From: an uncultured Alphaproteobacteria bacterium
Lineage (GTDB): Bacteria > Pseudomonadota > Alphaproteobacteria > CAAHEQ01 > UBA3637
Reading direction: 5' to 3'
DNA: 64,000 nt
Assembly: GCA_944392785.1 (NCBI GenBank)
Contig: CALXXW010000025.1
Span: forward strand, 43,264 to 107,263
Positions 59,376 to 64,000 of this stretch are shown here, in pieces (the first letter of the stretch is position 1; every line of letters begins with the position of its first letter). The notes below the pieces were generated by a model that worked only from the letters and a program-made list of their open reading frames with translations, did not search any database and was not told the DNA's origin. The position numbers were made by a program, and so were the translations under genes.

Positions 59376-60203
59376 ATGGCATTGAAAACATATAAACCTA
59401 CAACATCAACAGTCAGACACTTGGTCGGAATTGATCGTTCTGATTTGCATAAAGGAGCACCTGTTAAGACCTTGACCGAAGGGCAAACAAGTACCGGCGG
59501 TCGCAACAGTCATGGTCATATTACATCACGTCGTCGTGGCGGTGGTGTCAAACAGGCTTATCGTTTGATAGATTTCAAGCGTAAAAAGCTGAATATGCCG
59601 GCGACGGTTGAACGTTTGGAGTATGATCCGAATCGGACAGCCTTTATCGCCTTAATCAAGTATGAAGATGGTGAATTAGCCTATATTTTGGCTCCGCAAC
59701 GCTTGGGCGTTGGCGATACGGTTGTGTCGGCAGAAATGGCCGATATTAAGCCGGGTAATGCCATGCCGCTTAAAAACATGCCGGTCGGAACCATCGTTCA
59801 TAACATAGAGCTTAAACCCGGTCGCGGTGGTCAAATCGCTCGTTCTGCCGGTTGTTATGCTCAATTAATCGGAAAAGATGCCGGATATGCACAAATTCGT
59901 TTGAATTCGGGTGAGCTTCGTCTGATTCGAGGAGAATGTTTTGCTTCCGTTGGAGCGGTTTCAAACCCTGACAACCAAAACACAGTTTTGGCGAAAGCCG
60001 GCCGTGCACGTTGGTTGGGTATCCGTCCCTCCGTTCGTGGTATAGCCATGAACCCGGTTGATCACCCTCATGGTGGTCGGACAAACGGCGGTCGTCAACC
60101 AGTTTCACCTTGGGGCTGGAAGACAAAAGGTAAGAAAACGCGTAATAATAAGCGGACTGATGCACTGATCGTGCGTTCCCGTCACGCTGTCAAGAAGGCT
60201 TAA
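59376..60203 (+). CDS. rplB: 50S ribosomal protein L2
   Basis: [15 protein letters not shown]...[11 protein letters not shown]-type motif. Confidence 0.97.
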   Translation: MALKTYKPTTSTVRHLVGIDRSDLHKGAPVKTLTEGQTSTGGRNSHGHITSRRRGGGVKQAYRLIDFKRKKLNMPATVERLEYDPNRTAFIALIKYEDGELAYILAPQRLGVGDTVVSAEMADIKPGNAMPLKNMPVGTIVHNIELKPGRGGQIARSAGCYAQLIGKDAGYAQIRLNSGELRLIRGECFASVGAVSNPDNQNTVLAKAGRARWLGIRPSVRGIAMNPVDHPHGGRTNGGRQPVSPWGWKTKGKKTRNNKRTDALIVRSRHAVKKA

Positions 60204-60216
60204 AAAGGAGGCATAA

Positions 60217-60498
60217 ATGACAAGATCCGTATGGAAAGGACCGTTCGTTGACGGGTATCTGATTAAAAAGGCAGAAGCCGTTAAAGCATCTGGTCGTCAC
60301 GAAATAATTAAAACGTGGTCTCGCAGATCAACGATAATTCCTGAATTTGTGGGCTTGACTTTTGGCGTATATAATGGTAAAAAGTTTATCCCAGTGTTAG
60401 TGACTGAAAATATGGTTGGATTGAAGTTCGGTGAGTTTTCTCCGACACGTACATTCTCCGGCCATACAGCAGCAGATGCCAAAGCATCGCAAAAGTAG
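60217..60498 (+). CDS. rpsS: 30S ribosomal protein S19
   Basis: [12 protein letters not shown]...[12 protein letters not shown]. Confidence 0.97.
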   Translation: MTRSVWKGPFVDGYLIKKAEAVKASGRHEIIKTWSRRSTIIPEFVGLTFGVYNGKKFIPVLVTENMVGLKFGEFSPTRTFSGHTAADAKASQK

Positions 60499-60507
60499 AG
60501 GTGAGTT

Positions 60508-60930
60508 ATGGTTAAAAAAGTAGAAACAAAAACAGCTTATGCGAAAGCGCGTGCTATACGTGTTTCTCCGCGTAAATTGAACCTGCTGGCTCAATCCATT
60601 CGTGGGTTGAAAGCGGATAAAGCTGTCGCACAGTTGACTTTCTCAAAGAAGAGAGTCGCAGAAGAGGCAAAAAAAGTTTTGCTCTCGGCGATTGCAAATG
60701 CTGAAAACAATCATAACATGGATGTCGATCGTTTGGTCGTCGCCGAAGCTTATGTTGGTAAGGCAATGGTTATGAAGCGCTTTATGGCAGCAGCCAAAGG
60801 GCGTGGATGTCGTATTATTAAGCCTTTTTCAAATATGACGGTTGTTGTCGCCGAGCAGGAAGTTGCTCCTAAGGCAGCGAAACCGGCTAAGAAAACGACA
60901 AAAAAGGCTAAAACAGAGGAGAAAATCTAA
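60508..60930 (+). CDS. rplV: 50S ribosomal protein L22 (with Lys/Ala-rich C-terminal extension)
   Basis: [16 protein letters not shown]...; operon position. Confidence 0.95.
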   Translation: MVKKVETKTAYAKARAIRVSPRKLNLLAQSIRGLKADKAVAQLTFSKKRVAEEAKKVLLSAIANAENNHNMDVDRLVVAEAYVGKAMVMKRFMAAAKGRGCRIIKPFSNMTVVVAEQEVAPKAAKPAKKTTKKAKTEEKI

Positions 60931-61601
60931 TGGGTCAGAAAGTTAATCCGACAGGTTTACGCTTGGGCATCAATCGGACATGGGATTCTCGTTGGTTTGC
61001 TGACGACAATTATGCAGATTTGTTGCTAGCCGATATTAAAATTCGTGAATTTTTAATGAAGAAATTGGCGGCAGCCGGTATCAGTCATATTGTCATTGAA
61101 CGTCCGGCGAAAAAAGCTCGTGTGACGATTTATTGTGCTCGTCCCGGCGTCATTATCGGTAAAAAAGGTCAAGACATTGAAACGTTAAAGAAGGAACTGA
61201 CGGCGATGTCTCAGGGAAATGAGGTAAGTGTGAACATTGTAGAAGTTCGCAAGCCGGAAATAGATGCTAAATTGGTTGCGGATAGTATCGCACAGCAACT
61301 AGAGAAGCGTATTTCTTTCCGTCGCGCTATGAAACGAGCCGTTCAATCCGCTCTGCGTCAAGGCGCCGAAGGTATCCGTATTAATTGCGGAGGTCGTTTG
61401 GGTGGAGCCGAAATTGCACGTGTTGAATGGTATCGTGAGGGTCGTGTGCCCTTGCACACGTTGCGTGCCGATGTTGACTACGGTGTGTCAACGGCTCATA
61501 CAGCTTATGGGACATGCGGTGTTAAGGTCTGGATTTATAAAGGCGATATTTTGGCACATGATCCTATGGCTCAAGATAAACGTCTGACAGAGCAACATTA
61601 A
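60930..61601 (+). CDS. rpsC: 30S ribosomal protein S3
   Basis: [22 protein letters not shown]. Confidence 0.97.
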   Translation: MGQKVNPTGLRLGINRTWDSRWFADDNYADLLLADIKIREFLMKKLAAAGISHIVIERPAKKARVTIYCARPGVIIGKKGQDIETLKKELTAMSQGNEVSVNIVEVRKPEIDAKLVADSIAQQLEKRISFRRAMKRAVQSALRQGAEGIRINCGGRLGGAEIARVEWYREGRVPLHTLRADVDYGVSTAHTAYGTCGVKVWIYKGDILAHDPMAQDKRLTEQH

Positions 61602-61617
61602 GTAAAGGAACATCATT

Positions 61618-62040
61618 ATGTTACAACCAAAGAAAACAAAATTTCGTAAAGCATTTAAGGGTCGCATTCATGGCGAAGCTAAATCAGCTACGACATTAGA
61701 TTTTGGAGCTTTTGGCTTAAAAGCGTTGGAACCGGAACGTGTGACAGCCCGTCAGATTGAGGCTGCTCGTCGTGCCATTTCTCGTGCAATGAAACGTCAA
61801 GGACGTCTCTGGATTCGTATATTCCCGGATGTTCCTGTTTCAAAGAAGCCACCTGAAGTTCGTCAGGGTAAAGGAAAAGGCTCAGTTGAGTATTGGATTT
61901 GTCGTGTGAAACCGGGTCGTGTTTTGTTTGAATGCGACGGTGTGTCAGAGGAGATTGCACGTGAGGCATTTTATCTGGGAGCGACAAAATTACCAATTAA
62001 GACAAAATTCATTACTAGAACTCCTGATGAAGAGGTATAA
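61618..62040 (+). CDS. rplP: 50S ribosomal protein L16
   Basis: [16 protein letters not shown]. Confidence 0.97.
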   Translation: MLQPKKTKFRKAFKGRIHGEAKSATTLDFGAFGLKALEPERVTARQIEAARRAISRAMKRQGRLWIRIFPDVPVSKKPPEVRQGKGKGSVEYWICRVKPGRVLFECDGVSEEIAREAFYLGATKLPIKTKFITRTPDEEV

Positions 62041-62042
62041 TT

Positions 62043-62243
62043 ATGGAAAAATTTAGTCAGCTAGTGGCCAAAGATGAAAAAGAGTTGTTGGAGTTAATCC
62101 AACAACTCAAGAAAGAGGCCTTGAACTTGCGCTTTCAACAATCGAACGGTAGCTTGAAAAATACCGCGCGTATGCGTCAAATTCGTCGAGAAATCGCCCA
62201 AATCAATACAGCCGTTGCTCAAAAAGCAGCGAAGAGTGCATAA
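62043..62243 (+). CDS. rpmC: 50S ribosomal protein L29
   Basis: 66 aa; [20 protein letters not shown]. Confidence 0.9.
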   Translation: MEKFSQLVAKDEKELLELIQQLKKEALNLRFQQSNGSLKNTARMRQIRREIAQINTAVAQKAAKSA

Positions 62244-62254
62244 GGAGATAAAAC

Positions 62255-62488
62255 ATGCCTAAAAGAATTTTACAAGGTGTTGTTGTCAGTGATAAAATGG
62301 ACAAATCCGTCGTCGTCAAAGTCGAACGTCGAGTTATGCACCCTGTGTATAAAAAATATATCAAGCGCAGTGCCAAATACACGGCGCATGATGAAAACAA
62401 TTTGTGCAAAGTCGGTGACGTTGTGCAAATTATGGAGAGCCGTCCTCTGTCCAAGACAAAGACTTGGGTTGTTGTGACGGAAAAATAA
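62255..62488 (+). CDS. rpsQ: 30S ribosomal protein S17
   Basis: [22 protein letters not shown]. Confidence 0.95.
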   Translation: MPKRILQGVVVSDKMDKSVVVKVERRVMHPVYKKYIKRSAKYTAHDENNLCKVGDVVQIMESRPLSKTKTWVVVTEK

Positions 62489-62514
62489 CCAACTGATTCA
62501 AGGAAGGAAAAACT

Positions 62515-62883
62515 ATGATTCAAGTAGAAACAAACCTTGACGTTGCTGATAACTCCGGTGCCCGGAAAGTTCAGTGCATAAAGGTTATTGGCGGTGCTGG
62601 TCGTCGATATGCTTCCGTTGGTGACGTGATTATCGTTTCTGTTAAGAAAGCGATTCCAAATGGTAAGGTCAAGCAAGGTGACGTTCAACGTGCCTTGATT
62701 GTTCGTACCAAAAAGGAAATCAAACGTGCTGATGGTTCGGCTATTCGTTTTGACAGCAATGCTGCCGTATTAGTAAACAAAGATGGTGAGCCAATCGGAA
62801 CACGTATTTTTGGACCGGTGACACGTGAATTGCGTGCTCATGGGTATGTGAAAATCATGTCTCTGGCTCCGGAGGTATTATAA
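62515..62883 (+). CDS. rplN: 50S ribosomal protein L14
   Basis: [24 protein letters not shown]. Confidence 0.97.
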   Translation: MIQVETNLDVADNSGARKVQCIKVIGGAGRRYASVGDVIIVSVKKAIPNGKVKQGDVQRALIVRTKKEIKRADGSAIRFDSNAAVLVNKDGEPIGTRIFGPVTRELRAHGYVKIMSLAPEVL

Positions 62884-62884
62884 C

Positions 62885-63199
62885 ATGGCTATGAAAATCA
62901 AAAAAGGTGACCAGGTTATCGTTATTACGGGACGTGATAAGGGTAAGACCGGTGAAGTGACAAAAGTGATGCCCAAAGAAAATGCCGTTATCGTTGCAGG
63001 GATTAATATGGTCAAACGCCATACGAAACCATCAGGCGAATCGGCCGGCGGCATTATATCTAAAGAAAAAGCCATCCATGTATCAAACGTTGCATTGATT
63101 GATCCGAAGTCAGGGAAAGCAACTCGCGTCGGAATCAAGATTGAAGACGGCGTGAAAGTTCGCGTCTCGAAACGTTCTGGTGACGTGATTAGCAAATAA
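62885..63199 (+). CDS. rplX: 50S ribosomal protein L24
   Basis: [25 protein letters not shown] motif. Confidence 0.95.
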   Translation: MAMKIKKGDQVIVITGRDKGKTGEVTKVMPKENAVIVAGINMVKRHTKPSGESAGGIISKEKAIHVSNVALIDPKSGKATRVGIKIEDGVKVRVSKRSGDVISK

Positions 63200-63210
63200 G
63201 GAAGAAAATC

Positions 63211-63753
63211 ATGAAAACAAGATTACAAACACAATACGAAGAAGTGATTGCTCCGGCCTTATTGAAAGAATTCGGCTATAAGAACAAAATGGAGATTCCC
63301 AAACTTGACAAAATCGTCTTAAATATGGGCGTTGGTGAGGCGACTGAAGATCGTAAAGCGATTGAAGGCGCTATGAAGGATATGGAAGCCATAGCAGGAC
63401 AAAAACCTGTTATTACTCACTCCAGAAAGTCCATTGCCAGCTTTAAGCTGCGTGAAAATATGGCGATTGGTTGCAAGGTGACATTGCGTGGTGCTAAGAT
63501 GTATGAGTTCTTAGATCGTTTAATTACGATGGCGTTGCCGCGTGTGCGGGACTTCCGCGGTGTCTCTAATAAATCTTTTGACGGCCATGGCAATTACGCT
63601 TTGGGTTTAAAGGAGCAAATCGTGTTTTTGGAAATCAACTATGATGCGATTGACAAAGTACGCGGTATGGATATTGTCATTGGAACAACGGCTAAAACAG
63701 ATGCCGAGGCAAAAGCGCTTTTGGCAGGTTTTGGAATGCCTTTTATGAAATAA
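63211..63753 (+). CDS. rplE: 50S ribosomal protein L5
   Basis: [21 protein letters not shown]...[11 protein letters not shown]. Confidence 0.95.
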   Translation: MKTRLQTQYEEVIAPALLKEFGYKNKMEIPKLDKIVLNMGVGEATEDRKAIEGAMKDMEAIAGQKPVITHSRKSIASFKLRENMAIGCKVTLRGAKMYEFLDRLITMALPRVRDFRGVSNKSFDGHGNYALGLKEQIVFLEINYDAIDKVRGMDIVIGTTAKTDAEAKALLAGFGMPFMK

Positions 63754-63765
63754 GGAAACAATAAT

Positions 63766-64000
63766 ATGGCAAAATTATGTTCTATTAACAGAAATAAAAA
63801 GCGTGAAAAAATGGTGGCTAAGTTCGCCCAAAAACGCGCTGCATTGAAGGCGATTATCAACGATGTCAACTCGACACCGGATCAGGTGTTTGAAGCAACG
63901 TTGAAATTAGCAAAGTTGCCACGCAACTCAGCGGCTGTTAGAATACACCATCGGTGTGAATTGACAGGCCGTTCGCATGGCTTTTACAGAAAACTTAAAC
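63766..64000 (+). CDS. rpsN: 30S ribosomal protein S14 (3' end beyond window)
   Basis: Hand translation gives MAKLCSINRNKKREKMVAKFAQKRAALK...RIHHRCELTGRSHGFYRKLK. The frame is open to the window edge. Confidence 0.9.
   Translation, partial: MAKLCSINRNKKREKMVAKFAQKRAALKAIINDVNSTPDQVFEATLKLAKLPRNSAAVRIHHRCELTGRSHGFYRKLK

Overview
This is a dense, mostly intact chromosomal window. It looks alphaproteobacterial: a CcrM-type methylase tail, GAAC-N7-GAAC LexA boxes, an atpHAGDC-style F1 operon and an L22 C-terminal extension. By eye the GC content is moderate. Layout: 0-2.7 kb holds housekeeping genes (ccrM tail, OmpA lipoprotein, rlmE, rsmB-like). 2.7-13.7 kb holds a compact minus-strand phage-derived cluster. 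It contains only T7-like (podovirus) head, neck, packaging and lysis genes. It is headed by a divergent control region with a perfect alphaproteobacterial SOS box and a CI/LexA-like S24 repressor. I recognised no integrase, replication genes, tail fibre or ejection proteins. 13.8-19.1 kb holds sixA and an F1 ATP synthase operon in which the C-terminal domain of delta is fused to the N-terminus of alpha, and gamma is unusually long. 19.1-23.2 kb holds a GT2 gene and pflB-pflA. 23.2-29.5 kb holds envelope and glycosylation genes (pgpA, a mini ferredoxin-thioredoxin-reductase-like protein, and a GtrA/GtrB-like/GT-C trio). 29.4-36.5 kb holds recO-era-rnc-lepB, tgt, a DUF721 gene, lexA, nadK and an mscL with a zinc-ribbon tail. 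36.7-41.9 kb holds two tandem PMP-repeat autotransporters. 42.3-47.6 kb holds an operon encoding a leaderless small peptide, an ABC-2 transporter and a single 874-aa protein that fuses GT10, GT11 and GT6 domains (a histo-blood-group/Lewis-type toolkit). 47.6-54 kb holds xthA, metal transport, hypotheticals, an XRE regulator, tRNA-Lys(CUU) and an alkaline-phosphatase-superfamily protein. 54.4-64 kb holds rpsL-rpsG-fusA joined directly to the S10/spc ribosomal operons with no tuf gene. I found no CRISPR array, IS element or rRNA. All family assignments come from motif recognition by eye; no searches were run. The leading novel-system candidate is the SOS-wired, structural-genes-only podovirus-like cluster (gene-transfer-agent-like or another domesticated particle). 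The triple glycosyltransferase fusion and the delta-alpha ATP synthase fusion come next.
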